A stretch of 64,000 nucleotides of DNA from an uncultured delta proteobacterium. GTDB lineage: Bacteria; Desulfobacterota; Desulfobacteria; Desulfobacterales; Desulfatirhabdiaceae. The stretch's first letter is position 1. The number at the start of each line of letters is the position of its first letter. Below the pieces are notes generated by a model. That model searched no databases and had not been told where the DNA came from. It saw nothing but the letters and a program-made list of their open reading frames with translations. Both the position numbers and the translations under genes were made by a program. The stretch spans positions 256,001 through 320,000 of the forward strand of contig CAWBKP010000022.1 in NCBI GenBank assembly GCA_963789395.1. Reading direction: 5' to 3'. Below are positions 21,903 through 32,280 of this stretch, piece by piece.

Positions 21903-23891
21903 ATGAGTGACCATGATCAAGTAAAACTGACTGACATGAATTACGGCAAGGACAGACCCAAAGCCAAGAATCCGGTAAAAATAATGGATCTGACATTGCG
22001 GGATGGCCACCAGTCGCTGTTTGCAACGCGCGGCAGAACTGAGGACATGATTCCCGTGGCGGAGATGATGGACGAAGTCGGCTTCTGGGCGCTGGAGACC
22101 TGGGGCGGCGCGACATTTGATACCATGCACCGGTTTTTGAATGAAGATCCCTGGGAGCGCCTCCGGACGCTGAAGCGCTATATCAAGAAAACCCCGTTTT
22201 CCATGCTGCTCAGAGCCCAGAATCTGGTCGGATACCGTAATTATGCCGACGATGTTGCCCGCCCGTTTGTGGAAAGAGCTGCTGCAAACGGCATGGATGT
22301 TTTCCGGACATTTGACGCGCTGAATGATTACCGGAATTTTGAAACCGTTGTTCCGGTCATCAAATCCTGCGGCAAGCATTTCCAGGGCTGCATCTGTTAT
22401 ACCATGACCGAACCCCGGCTCGGCGGCGAAGTCTATAACCTGGACTATTACGTCAACAAGGGAAAGGCCCTTGAGGCCATGGGCGCGGACAGCATCTGCC
22501 TGAAAGATATGGCAGGCCTCATTGCGCCGTATGACGCATACGCGATTATCAAGGCCCTTAAAAAAGCCGTGAAAATCCCGATCAACCTTCACAGCCATTT
22601 CACATCCGGCATGTCGTCCATGTCGCATTTAAAGGCCATTGAAGCCGGCGTGGATATCATTGACACCTGCATGTCGCCGTATGCCTACCGGACATCCCAC
22701 CCGGCCATCGAACCGCTGGTCATGACGCTTCTGGGCACCAACCGGGATACGGGATTTGACATCAAGGCCCTTGCCGCCATCAATGAAATTCTTGAAAAGG
22801 AAATCTGTCCCAAATACCGTCATCTTCTGGATGACACCAAGCTGTCGATCATCGACATCAACGTGCTTCTCCACCAGACCCCGGGCGGCATGCTCTCCAA
22901 TCTGGTGAATCAGCTCCGGGAAATGGATGCATTGGACAAGATCGATCAGGTCTATGCCGAGCTTCCCAGGGTCCGAAAAGATCTGGGCCAGATTCCGCTG
23001 GTAACGCCCACCAGCCAGATCGTTGGGATCCAGACCGTGAACAACGTGCTCTTTGATGATGAGAATGAGCGCTATAAGATGATCACCGGCCAGGTCAAGG
23101 ATCTTTGCTACGGGCTGTACGGAAAAACCGCGGTGCCCATCAATCCGGAAGTTCAGAAAAAAGCGCTGAAAGGATACGCCAGAGGCGAAAAACCCATTAC
23201 CTGCAGGCCGGCTGAGGTGATCGAGCCGGAACTGAAAAAAGCCCAGGATGAGGTCAAGGGGCTGGCCATGGATCTGGACGACGAATTGATTTACGCCCTG
23301 TATCCGGTAACGGGCAAACGGTTCCTCCAGTGGAAATACGGAAAGGAACCAGTTCCCGATGATGTCAAGCCCATCACGCTTGAGCAGGCCAAGGCCAAAC
23401 AGGAGTTGATCCAGAAAGCGATCGCAGGAAAACTGGTAGAAAAAATCGAAAAAGAAGCGCCTGCCAAAGGCGATGCGTTGCGAAAATTCAACGTGTTTGT
23501 GGACGACACGTATTTTGAGGTCGGGGTTGAAGAAATCGGCGGAGCCCCGGTCGTCAGCTACATCCAGCCTGCCAAACCGGTTGCACCCGCAGCGCCGGCC
23601 CCGGTTGCCGCGCCTGCTCCTGCCAAGCCCGCTGCGGCCCCTGCCGCACCGGCTGCGCCTGCAGCAGCGCCCGTGGATGGTACGCCTATCAATGCGCCCA
23701 TGCCGGGAATGATCGTCAGGTTTGATAAAAATGTCGGCGATGTGGTCAGCAAAGGGGAAACCGTGGTGATCCTGGAAGCCATGAAAATGGAAAACGCCCT
23801 TGCAGCGCCCGTGGATGGCACCATCAAAGCCATTAATTTCAAAAGCAGCGATTCCGTTCCCAAGGGCGCGGTGCTGTGTGTAATCGGGTAG
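21903..23891 (+). CDS. Pyruvate carboxylase subunit B-like carboxyltransferase (5S-like) fused to a biotin carrier domain
   Basis: TLRDGHQS, WGGATFD, EDPWERL, CLKDMAG, HSH, PLVTPTSQIVG, Ala/Pro linker, biotinylation motif EAMKM. Confidence 0.92.
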   Translation: MSDHDQVKLTDMNYGKDRPKAKNPVKIMDLTLRDGHQSLFATRGRTEDMIPVAEMMDEVGFWALETWGGATFDTMHRFLNEDPWERLRTLKRYIKKTPFSMLLRAQNLVGYRNYADDVARPFVERAAANGMDVFRTFDALNDYRNFETVVPVIKSCGKHFQGCICYTMTEPRLGGEVYNLDYYVNKGKALEAMGADSICLKDMAGLIAPYDAYAIIKALKKAVKIPINLHSHFTSGMSSMSHLKAIEAGVDIIDTCMSPYAYRTSHPAIEPLVMTLLGTNRDTGFDIKALAAINEILEKEICPKYRHLLDDTKLSIIDINVLLHQTPGGMLSNLVNQLREMDALDKIDQVYAELPRVRKDLGQIPLVTPTSQIVGIQTVNNVLFDDENERYKMITGQVKDLCYGLYGKTAVPINPEVQKKALKGYARGEKPITCRPAEVIEPELKKAQDEVKGLAMDLDDELIYALYPVTGKRFLQWKYGKEPVPDDVKPITLEQAKAKQELIQKAIAGKLVEKIEKEAPAKGDALRKFNVFVDDTYFEVGVEEIGGAPVVSYIQPAKPVAPAAPAPVAAPAPAKPAAAPAAPAAPAAAPVDGTPINAPMPGMIVRFDKNVGDVVSKGETVVILEAMKMENALAAPVDGTIKAINFKSSDSVPKGAVLCVIG

Positions 23892-23900
23892 ATATGTGAC

Positions 23901-23976
23901 AGGCGAGGGGCTATAGGCGATAGGTCATGGGATGCAGGGGTATTATCCCTTCACCCATGGCCTATTTACCTGCCTC
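23901..23976. repeat. Heptamer-type inverted repeat / hairpin after the carboxylase gene
   Basis: GCTATAG-GCGATAG-GTCATGG tandem. ATAGGTCATGGG (23920-23931) pairs with CCCATGGCCTAT (23954-23965). Confidence 0.45.
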
Positions 23977-24047
23977 CAACCATTTATCGTTACAACCAGG
24001 TGCTGGGTTTTATTCCGGCCCTGTTTTTATAAGAGGAGGCAGAGCTG

Positions 24048-25212
24048 ATGAAGATCCATGAGTATCAGGCCAAGGAGCTTTTTAAAAAATACAGCATTCC
24101 CATACCCGAAGGCAGTGTGGCGTTCAGTGTGGGGGAAGCCCAGTCGGTTGCCGAAACACTCGGCGGCTATCCGGTTGTGGTCAAGGCACAGATTCATGCC
24201 GGCGGCAGGGGAAAAGGCGGCGGGGTCAAGCTGGCCGGCTCCCGGGAAGAAGTTGCGACAATCGCCGGCCAGATTCTCGGCATGAACCTGGTTACCCACC
24301 AGACCGGCCCTGAAGGCAGGCTGGTGAAAAAAGTCCTGATCGAGCAGGGGCTGAACATTCAAAAAGAGCTGTATTTAAGCATCATTCCGGACCGGGCCAC
24401 CGCAACGGTCGTCATTATCGCCAGCGAAGCCGGTGGCATGGACATTGAAGCGGTTGCGGAAAAAACGCCGGAGAAGATCATCAAGGTCTATATCAACCCG
24501 CTGGTCGGCATTCAGGCCTACCACTGCCGGGAAGTTGCCTATGGGCTCAACCTGGCGCCGGAGGTCATCAAGCCGTTTACGGCGCTTTTAAGCCGCCTGT
24601 ATGCCCTGTTCGTGGGCTATGACTGCTCACTGGTTGAAATCAATCCTTTGATCATCACCAAAGATCAGGCCGTGATCGCCCTGGACGGAAAAGTCAATTT
24701 TGATGACAGCGCCCTGTTCCGTCACAAGGACATTCTGGCAGTATCGCGATCTGGACGAGGAAAATCCGCTCGAGGTGGACGCCTCCAAATACAATCTCAA
24801 TTATATCGCCCTGGACGGAAACGTCGGCAATATGGTCAACGGGGCGGGTCTGGCCATGGCGACCATGGATATCATCAAGCAGGCGGGGGCCAGCCCGGCC
24901 AATTTCCTGGATGTCGGGGGCGGAGCCAATGCCGAGATGGTTGAAAACGGGTTTCGGATCATCCTGAGCGATAAAAACGTCAAGGGCATTCTCATCAATA
25001 TTTTCGGCGGCATCCTTCGCTGCGACATTCTGGCGGAAGGTGTGGTTCAGGCAGCCAAAAAAACCGGCATTACGGTTCCGGTCGTCGTCCGCATGGAAGG
25101 CACCAATGTCGAGGAAGGCCGTCGCATATTGAGTGAATCGGGTCTGAATTTGACGACCGCAGTGGATTTAAAAGATGCAGCCCAGAAAGTGGCCGCCATT
25201 GTGAAGGGTTAG
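24048..25212 (+). CDS. sucC: Succinyl-CoA synthetase beta subunit; +1 frameshift at ~24737
   Basis: [33 protein letters not shown]-part [27 protein letters not shown] in ORF 24700..25212. Confidence 0.95.
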
Positions 25213-25223
25213 GAGGAAACACC

Positions 25224-26099
25224 GTGAGCATATTTGTCAATAAAAATACCCGGCTTCTGGTTCAGGGAATCACCGGCAAGGAAGGGCAGTTCCACACCCG
25301 TCAGTGCGTGGCGTATGGCACAAAAGTCGTGGCAGGGGTGACGCCTGGAAAAGCCGGGCAGAAAATGGATGATATCCCCGTGTTTCATACGGTCAAGGAC
25401 GCAGTCAAGGCAACCGGTGCCAACTGCAGCATGATCTTCGTGCCGCCGCCGTTTGCGGCGGACGCCATCATGGAAGCCGCCGATGCGGGCGTGGAGATGA
25501 TTGTCGCCATCACCGAAGGCATTCCGGTCATGGACATGATGCGGGTTAAAAACTTTCTTGCCGGCAAGTCCTGCCGCCTGATCGGCCCCAACTGTCCGGG
25601 AATCATCACGCCGGGCGAGTGCAAAATCGGCATCATGCCGGGGGTGATCCATCAGCCCGGAGGACCGATCGGCGTGGTATCCCGTTCCGGGACCCTGACC
25701 TATGAAGTGGTTCATCAGCTGACCCAACAGGGCATCGGACAGACCACCTGCATCGGCATCGGCGGTGATCCGGTCAACGGCACCAATTTCATCGATTGCC
25801 TGGATGCTTTCCAGAAAGATTCCGAAACAGCCGGCATCGTCATGGTCGGGGAAATCGGCGGAACCGCCGAAGAAGAGGCGGCGACATTTATCAAACAGCA
25901 TGTCACCAAACCGGTGATCGGTTTTATCGCCGGACTCACCGCGCCTCCGGGCCGCAGAATGGGCCATGCCGGCGCCATCATCAGCGGCAGCAGCGGTACT
26001 GGCCAGGGTAAAATCGCCGCCATGAAAGCCTGCGGCATTACCGTGTGTGAAAACCTGGGAACTTTGGGAGAACTCTGCGCCGACGTTTTCGGCAAATAG
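25224..26099 (+). CDS. sucD: Succinyl-CoA synthetase alpha subunit
   Basis: [32 protein letters not shown]. Confidence 0.96.
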   Translation: MSIFVNKNTRLLVQGITGKEGQFHTRQCVAYGTKVVAGVTPGKAGQKMDDIPVFHTVKDAVKATGANCSMIFVPPPFAADAIMEAADAGVEMIVAITEGIPVMDMMRVKNFLAGKSCRLIGPNCPGIITPGECKIGIMPGVIHQPGGPIGVVSRSGTLTYEVVHQLTQQGIGQTTCIGIGGDPVNGTNFIDCLDAFQKDSETAGIVMVGEIGGTAEEEAATFIKQHVTKPVIGFIAGLTAPPGRRMGHAGAIISGSSGTGQGKIAAMKACGITVCENLGTLGELCADVFGK

Positions 26100-26115
26100 T
26101 AAGAACCAAGTTCAA

Positions 26116-26130
26116 GGCTGAAGACTGAAG
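26116..26130 (+). repeat. Dispersed heptamer doublet GGCTGAA-GACTGAA-G (other copies at 15058, 30711, 38328)
   Basis: Identical 15-mer at 26116 and 30711, one mismatch at 38328, interrupted copy at 15058. All lie just downstream of stop codons. Confidence 0.65.
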
Positions 26131-26193
26131 GCAAGACGGCGTTGCCCTGTCCTTAGGCTTTCAGACAACCAATTGATTCTAATGACAATGAAG

Positions 26194-26238
26194 GCAAGAA
26201 GCAAGGGGGTAAAATCCATCTTGCCTCTTGCTTTTTTT
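26194..26238 (+). terminator. Rho-independent terminator after sucD
   Basis: GCAAGAAGCAAG...CTTGCCTCTTGC followed by T7. Confidence 0.6.
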
Positions 26239-26274
26239 GTGAAAGAGCGATTCATCTCCATAAAATCGCAAGGC

Positions 26275-27126
26275 ATGATTCAACTGCATCTGGCTGTATT
26301 CCTTTTCGGGTTGTCCGGACTGTTCGGGAAGCTGCTAAGCATCCCTGCGACAGCCATCGTGCTTGGCCGGACATCGGTGGCAGCTTTAGCACTTGCGGGG
26401 CTGCTGATTGCTCGGCGCAGCCCTGTTCGCTTAACCTGCCGGTTAGGGCTGAGGCTTTTTCCCTCAGGTGCGCTGCTCGCGCTTCATTGGTTTACATTCT
26501 TTTATTCTATTCAAATTTCTTCCGTGTCAACGGGTTTATTATCTTTTGCAACATTCCCGGTCTGTGTTGCATTTCTCGATCCACTCTTCAGTAAACGAAA
26601 CATCCAACGCCTCGATCTGCTATTTGCTGTTATCGTTTTTATTGGACTCATTGTTATCATCCCCTCATTTGAATTAAGCGACCGCTTCTTTCAAGGCACC
26701 CTCTGGGGACTTGCATCTGCCGTAACATTTGCCTTGCTGACCTTATTCAACCGTCGTTTTGTCACTGAGACAGACGCAATGATTGTGGGGCTGTTTCAGA
26801 ATTTTTGGGCGGCTGTATGCCTTTGCATTTATTGGTCGCAATTGGGTAGCATCAATTCAACTGAATTTCTTCTCATTGTCGTTCTTGGCGTCTTCTGTAC
26901 CGCATTGGCGCATACGCTCTTTATTGCCGCTCTGAAAACGGTCAGGCCACAGCTTGCAAGCGTGACGGCCGGATTGGAACCGTTGTACGGCATTCTCCTG
27001 GCGTTTATTTTCCTGGGCGAGTCTCCCGGAATAAATGAGTTGATTGGCGGTTTATTGATTATTGCAGTTGTTGTGGCGAGCTCCCGGCGAGACAGGGCTG
27101 CAGCGGAACAATCGCTTCATTCCTGA
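26275..27126 (+). CDS. DMT/EamA family transporter
   Basis: About 10 hydrophobic segments; LHLAVFLFGLSGLFGK, LHWFTFF, LEPLYGILLA..LGE. Confidence 0.88.
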   Translation: MIQLHLAVFLFGLSGLFGKLLSIPATAIVLGRTSVAALALAGLLIARRSPVRLTCRLGLRLFPSGALLALHWFTFFYSIQISSVSTGLLSFATFPVCVAFLDPLFSKRNIQRLDLLFAVIVFIGLIVIIPSFELSDRFFQGTLWGLASAVTFALLTLFNRRFVTETDAMIVGLFQNFWAAVCLCIYWSQLGSINSTEFLLIVVLGVFCTALAHTLFIAALKTVRPQLASVTAGLEPLYGILLAFIFLGESPGINELIGGLLIIAVVVASSRRDRAAAEQSLHS

Positions 27127-27359
27127 TAACCCGCACACGTGGGTTTGTTTCCAGTTATGCTGTCCGTTATCCAACAACCCAATTTGACATGCTTAAATAT
27201 ACATATTTAAACAAAGAGAATGTTACGCAGAACTTCTTCCCCATTAAGTGGTTTTCTGCGCTGATGCATTTCCTGATATTCCGCCTGGTTTAAATAATAA
27301 GGCAGCGAGTCGGTATCAGGGGACATATTTCATTTTTTTCTAAAGTGCTATCGTCTCCG

Positions 27360-27387
27360 TTTACAAAAGAAGATATTAAGGTATAAT
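27360..27387 (+). promoter_or_regulatory. Candidate sigma-70 promoter of hypAB
   Basis: TTTACA-N16-TATAAT about 50 nt upstream of hypA. Confidence 0.55.
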
Positions 27388-27436
27388 AACAAATTTGTAA
27401 AAGTCATGAGTTTTTCATACAAAAGGATGAATATCC

Positions 27437-27817
27437 ATGCATGAAATGGGCATTGCCATGCAGGTCGTCGAGATCGCGGCTGCTTCCATTCCCGAGCACC
27501 TGAAAAACAGCAAGGTCAAAGGCGTCTATCTGAAGATCGGCAGGCTGTCTTCCGTGGTTCCGGACAGTCTGCGGTTCTGTTTTGATATTGTCTCAAAAGA
27601 CTCCGCGATTGCCGGGGCCATGCTTTATATTGATGAAATCCCCGTGACGGCCCGCTGCAAGGCCTGCGAAAATCACTGGACCATTACCGGGCCGGCCTTT
27701 TCCTGCCCTGGGTGCGGCGGCGGTACGATCGAGCTGATCTCCGGTCAGGAACTGGATATCGCATCCATCGAGCTTGAAGAAGGCTCAGACGGTGAGCAGG
27801 AGTCTGCAAATGCATGA
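27437..27817 (+). CDS. hypA: Hydrogenase maturation nickel metallochaperone
   Basis: N-terminal MHE and two CxxC motifs. Confidence 0.95.
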   Translation: MHEMGIAMQVVEIAAASIPEHLKNSKVKGVYLKIGRLSSVVPDSLRFCFDIVSKDSAIAGAMLYIDEIPVTARCKACENHWTITGPAFSCPGCGGGTIELISGQELDIASIELEEGSDGEQESANA

Positions 27818-27868
27818 TTTCCGCAGGCTGTTGTCCGTTGTTTACAGATTTGTATAAGGAAATTAGAT

Positions 27869-28537
27869 ATGGAAATAAAAGTTGTTCGAAAGGTACTGGA
27901 CGTCAATAACACCATGGCCGAGCAGAACCGGAAACTGTTTTCGGATAAAAACGTATTTGTGCTGAATGTCATGAGCTCGCCGGGTTCCGGAAAAACCACG
28001 ATGCTGGGAAAAACCATCGGCCGCTTGATGCCGGAAGTCCGGACCGCGGTCATTGTCGGAGATGTCAGCACGACCAACGATGCCGACCGGTTGGCCAAAA
28101 CCGGTGCTCCGGTGGTTCAGGTGAATACCGATGCCTTTGGGGGAGACTGCCATCTGGCTGCCCATGTGATTGCCAAGGCCGCTGAAGACTTTGACCTGGA
28201 GGATGTGGATCTTCTCATCGTGGAGAATGTGGGAAATCTGGTCTGCCCTGCGGAATTTGACATCGGAGAAGATGCAAAGGCCGTGGTTCTGAGCGTTACC
28301 GAGGGAGAAGACAAACCTCTGAAATATCCCTTGATGTTCAGGGTGTGCGATGTGGCCATTCTGAACAAAATTGACCTGCTTCCCTATCTGGAATACGACA
28401 GGGAGGAAGCGGTCCGGAATATCCTTCAAGTTCATCCGGAGATTCCGGTATTTGAACTTTCCGCCCGAACAGAAGATGGCATGGGGCCCTGGGTGGCCTG
28501 GTTAACGGAAAAGGTGAAGGAAAAACTGAATATCTGA
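27869..28537 (+). CDS. hypB: Hydrogenase nickel incorporation GTPase
   Basis: SSPGSGKTT, CHL, ENVGNLVCPA, EGEDKPLKYP, NKIDL. Confidence 0.95.
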   Translation: MEIKVVRKVLDVNNTMAEQNRKLFSDKNVFVLNVMSSPGSGKTTMLGKTIGRLMPEVRTAVIVGDVSTTNDADRLAKTGAPVVQVNTDAFGGDCHLAAHVIAKAAEDFDLEDVDLLIVENVGNLVCPAEFDIGEDAKAVVLSVTEGEDKPLKYPLMFRVCDVAILNKIDLLPYLEYDREEAVRNILQVHPEIPVFELSARTEDGMGPWVAWLTEKVKEKLNI

Positions 28538-28550
28538 TGCGGGATGCCGG

Positions 28551-29132
28551 ATGAGAATCATTGCAGGTGAACTAAAAGGCCGACGGTTGCATCGCCTTGA
28601 GGGGAAACGGACCCGGCCCACGTCAGACCGTCTGAGAGAAACGATTTTCAATATTCTGTCATTTAAAACCCGGCAGGCCGTGGTGCTGGATCTTTATTCC
28701 GGAACCGGTGCGATGGCGATCGAGGCCTTGAGCCGCGGGGCGGATTCGGCGGTTCTTGTTGACGACTCATCCCGGTCGGTATCGCTGATAGCAAAGAATA
28801 TCCGGGCATTTTCTCTGGAGAAAAAAGCCCGTGTCCAGAGATGGGATATTTCGCGAAATCTGAATTTTTTAAGACAGGTTCAGCTGCCGTTTGACCTGAT
28901 TTTTATGGATCCGCCCTATAACCGGAATCTGATCGGCCCGACCCTGCATCACCTTCTGCAAAGCGCATCCCTGGCTGCGCGGGCCTGTATCGTTGTCGAG
29001 CATTCTGTTTTAGAGCCCATTTGTTTCGAATGCCCGGAATTTGAACTTTATGATCAACGGGAATATGGAAAAACCATGGTATCGTTTCTGTCCTTTAACC
29101 CGTCAGGGCCTGACGGCCATGATCAAGCTTGA
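28551..29132 (+). CDS. rsmD: 16S rRNA (guanine966-N2) methyltransferase
   Basis: MRIIAG..GRRL, RPTSDRLRE, LDLYSGTG, EALSRGA, DPPY. Confidence 0.93.
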   Translation: MRIIAGELKGRRLHRLEGKRTRPTSDRLRETIFNILSFKTRQAVVLDLYSGTGAMAIEALSRGADSAVLVDDSSRSVSLIAKNIRAFSLEKKARVQRWDISRNLNFLRQVQLPFDLIFMDPPYNRNLIGPTLHHLLQSASLAARACIVVEHSVLEPICFECPEFELYDQREYGKTMVSFLSFNPSGPDGHDQA

Positions 29133-29180
29133 AACATTACGCTTGATCCGGAACCTATTTCCCATCATCAATCGGAACCC

Positions 29181-30704
29181 ATGAAACGAATCGAAGATGT
29201 CACCCTGCTGTATGAGATCAGCAAAACGCTGAATGAACATCTGGACCTGAAAAAATCCCTTTACAAGGTTCTGGATACGCTTTCCATCTCCATCAACATG
29301 ATACGCGGCACGATCACGCTCTTAAATCCCCTGACCAATGAAATCACGATTGAAGTGGCGCACGGCATCTCGCGGACAGCCGTTGAGCGGGTCCGGTATA
29401 AGCTCGGGGAAGGGATTACCGGAAAGGTGATCCAGACGGGTCATGCCGTTACCATTCCCAAAATCAGCCAGGAGCCGCATTTTCTGGATCGTACCGAAGC
29501 CCGGCGGGGAAAACTGGATCAGGAGATTTCCTTTATCTGCGTTCCCATAAAAAAAGGCAGCCAGGTGATCGGTGCGCTCAGCGTCGACCACCAGTACGAT
29601 GAATCCTATTCCCTGAAAAACGGGGAAAAGCTGCTGTCGGTGATTGCCATCATGATCGCCCGGCAAGTCATCAATCTGGAAACCATTCATCTGGAGAAAG
29701 AACAGCTGCGGGAGGAAAACCGCAGGCTGAGAAGCGAACTGGAAACCAAATACAGTTTCAGCAACATCATCGGCAACAGCAGCCGGATGCGGGAAGTGTT
29801 CCAGATGATTTCCCAGGTTTCCAAAAGCAACGCCACGGTGCTGATCCGGGGAGAGAGCGGGACCGGAAAAGAGCTGGTGGCCAGTTCGGTGCATTACAAC
29901 AGCCTGAGGGCTAAAAGCCCGTTTGTCAAAGTCAATTGCGCGGCGCTTCCTGCCAACCTGATTGAAAGCGAGCTTTTCGGACATGAAAAAGGAGCCTTTA
30001 CCGGCGCGATCAAACAGAAACTCGGCAAATTTGAAATGGCCAACAAAGGCACCATATTTCTGGATGAAATCGGCGCCGTGGGTCTGGATGTTCAGGTTCG
30101 TCTGCTTCGAATCCTTCAGGAGAGAGAATTTGAGCGGGTCGGCGGACACCAGACCATCAAGGTGGATGTCCGGGTGATAACAGCCACCAACAAGAATCTG
30201 GAAATGGCCATTGAAGAGGAAACGTTTCGCGGAGATCTGTATTACCGGCTGAATGTCTTTCCCATCTATCTTCCCCCGCTCCGGGAGCGTAAGACCGATA
30301 TCTTGCTCCTGGCAAATTATTTCCTTGAAAAATACTCGAAAGAAAACGCCAAGGATATCCGCCGGTTTTCAACGCCGGCCATCGACATGCTGATGAATTA
30401 TCACTGGCCCGGCAATGTCCGGGAGCTGGAGAACTGCATCGAGCGGGCTGTGCTGCTTTGCGATGCAGGGGTTATTCACAGTTATCATCTGCCGCCGACG
30501 CTTCAAACCGGATCTGAATCCGGTACGCTTCCGGCCTTATCCCTTGAGGAAGCTGTCGCCAACCTGGAAAAAGAGATGATCATTGACGCGCTGAAAAATA
30601 CCCGGGGCAATGTCACGCTGGCAGCGCAACTGGTCAAAACAACCGTTCGTAAATTTGCCTATAAATCCCAGCAGTATGATATCGATTACCGAAATTATCG
30701 GTAA
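29181..30704 (+). CDS. NifA-like sigma-54 enhancer-binding protein (GAF-AAA+-Fis HTH)
   Basis: N-terminal [42 protein letters not shown]. Confidence 0.92.
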   Translation: MKRIEDVTLLYEISKTLNEHLDLKKSLYKVLDTLSISINMIRGTITLLNPLTNEITIEVAHGISRTAVERVRYKLGEGITGKVIQTGHAVTIPKISQEPHFLDRTEARRGKLDQEISFICVPIKKGSQVIGALSVDHQYDESYSLKNGEKLLSVIAIMIARQVINLETIHLEKEQLREENRRLRSELETKYSFSNIIGNSSRMREVFQMISQVSKSNATVLIRGESGTGKELVASSVHYNSLRAKSPFVKVNCAALPANLIESELFGHEKGAFTGAIKQKLGKFEMANKGTIFLDEIGAVGLDVQVRLLRILQEREFERVGGHQTIKVDVRVITATNKNLEMAIEEETFRGDLYYRLNVFPIYLPPLRERKTDILLLANYFLEKYSKENAKDIRRFSTPAIDMLMNYHWPGNVRELENCIERAVLLCDAGVIHSYHLPPTLQTGSESGTLPALSLEEAVANLEKEMIIDALKNTRGNVTLAAQLVKTTVRKFAYKSQQYDIDYRNYR

Positions 30705-30780
30705 TGTTATGGCTGAAGACTGAAGCAAATCCAATCATCAACTGCCTTCAGCCTGTTATTATAGAAAAGGAGACTGACGT

Positions 30781-32133
30781 ATGAATTCGGAAATGTTCAG
30801 AGAATATGACATTCGCGGGATCGCAGGAAAAGATATGACCGAAGCGGATGTGGTATTGATCGGAAAGGGAATCGGAACGTTTTTGAATCAGAACAGTTGC
30901 TCGCGGATTACCGTTGGAAGGGATTGCCGGATTACCTCGGACAGTTATTTCAACCGACTCGTTGAAGGGCTGATGTCCACCGGCTGCCAGGTGATTGACA
31001 TCGGCATCTGTCCGACACCGGTTCTCTATTTTTCCATTCATCACCTGGGCCAGGAAGGCGGCGTCATGGTTACCGCCAGCCACAATCCGGCCGAGTACAA
31101 CGGATTTAAAATGTGCCTGGGCTCCGGTTCCATTCACGGCGAGGATATCCAGATAATTCGAAGGCTCATCGAAAACCAGGATTTTGTGAAAGCCGGCGGC
31201 GGCGGTCTTTCCGCTGCAGATGTGCTTCCGGCATATCAGGCATTTGTGCAGGAGAACATTACCATAAAAAAAAGGCTTCGCATCGCCGTGGATGCTGGAA
31301 ATGGCACGGCTGGTGTCGTGGCGGTTCCCATCATGAAGTCCATGGATCTTGAAGTCCACGATATTTTCTGCGAAATGGACGGCACTTTCCCCAACCACGA
31401 AGCAGATCCGACGGTGCTCAAGAACATGAAGGACCTCATCTCACTGGTCAGGGATAAAAAACTGGATGTGGGGATCGGCTATGATGGAGACGGGGACCGC
31501 ATCGGGGTGGTGGATGAAAAAGGCAATATCGTCTATGGGGATAAGCTGATGATTCTCTTTTCACGGGAAATTCTTTCCCGAAAACCCGGCGCCACGTTTA
31601 TCTCTGAAGTGAAATGCTCCCAGACCCTCTATGACGATATTGAAAAAAACGGGGGGCGGCCCATCATGTGGAAAACCGGTCATTCCCTGATTAAACAGAA
31701 AATGAAGGAAGAAAGTGCCGAACTGGCTGGCGAGATGAGCGGGCACATGTTTTTTGCCGATCGGTATCTGGGCTATGATGACGCCATATACGCATCCTGC
31801 AGGCTGCTGGAAATTATGTCCCGAACCGACAAGCCCCTTTCAGAGCTCCTGTCGGATGTTCCCGAAACATTTACCACGCCGGAAATTCGGGTGGAATGCC
31901 CGGATGACCGGAAATTTGCGGTGGTCAAAAAAATTACGGCATATTTCAAAGACCGTTATAATGTGATTGATATCGATGGGGTCAGGGTTCTTTTTGGCGA
32001 TGGGTGGGGACTGGTGCGTGCCTCGAATACCCAGCCGGCCCTGGTGCTTCGGTTTGAAGCTGCGTCCGAGGCCAGGCTGGCGGAGATTCGGGCGATGATG
32101 GAATCCGTCCTTGCGACGTTTCAAAAAAGCTGA
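30781..32133 (+). CDS. Phosphomannomutase/phosphoglucomutase (AlgC-like)
   Basis: FREYDIRG, TASHNP, DGDGDR, GEMSGH, LVRASNT. Confidence 0.94.
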   Translation: MNSEMFREYDIRGIAGKDMTEADVVLIGKGIGTFLNQNSCSRITVGRDCRITSDSYFNRLVEGLMSTGCQVIDIGICPTPVLYFSIHHLGQEGGVMVTASHNPAEYNGFKMCLGSGSIHGEDIQIIRRLIENQDFVKAGGGGLSAADVLPAYQAFVQENITIKKRLRIAVDAGNGTAGVVAVPIMKSMDLEVHDIFCEMDGTFPNHEADPTVLKNMKDLISLVRDKKLDVGIGYDGDGDRIGVVDEKGNIVYGDKLMILFSREILSRKPGATFISEVKCSQTLYDDIEKNGGRPIMWKTGHSLIKQKMKEESAELAGEMSGHMFFADRYLGYDDAIYASCRLLEIMSRTDKPLSELLSDVPETFTTPEIRVECPDDRKFAVVKKITAYFKDRYNVIDIDGVRVLFGDGWGLVRASNTQPALVLRFEAASEARLAEIRAMMESVLATFQKS

Positions 32134-32280
32134 TGATACTTTTCTACAGGAACAGGCCGGTGCGGATCTGCTTCAAAAACTTGACAAACAGGTAAAGGGA
32201 CATAATTATGTTGCTTTGTATTTAAAATAGATTTAACAGGAAGTCACTTACTACTCTAATCCAAGAAGGAGAATTATTGC

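Noticed and set aside
23560..23818. Ala/Pro low-complexity tract and a 17-nt direct repeat GCAGCGCCCGTGGATGG (23664 and 23802)
   Set aside because: Explained by the flexible linker and a repeated AAPVDG peptide around the biotin carrier domain. Not an array or a mobile element end.
27124..27172. attC-like TAAC...GTTA after the EamA gene
   Set aside because: Too short, the left core is not RYYYAAC and no L boxes are visible.
27381..27420. Possible NikR box upstream of hypA
   Set aside because: Half-sites and spacing do not fit GTATGA-N16-TCATAC; the TATAAT is better explained as a -10 element.
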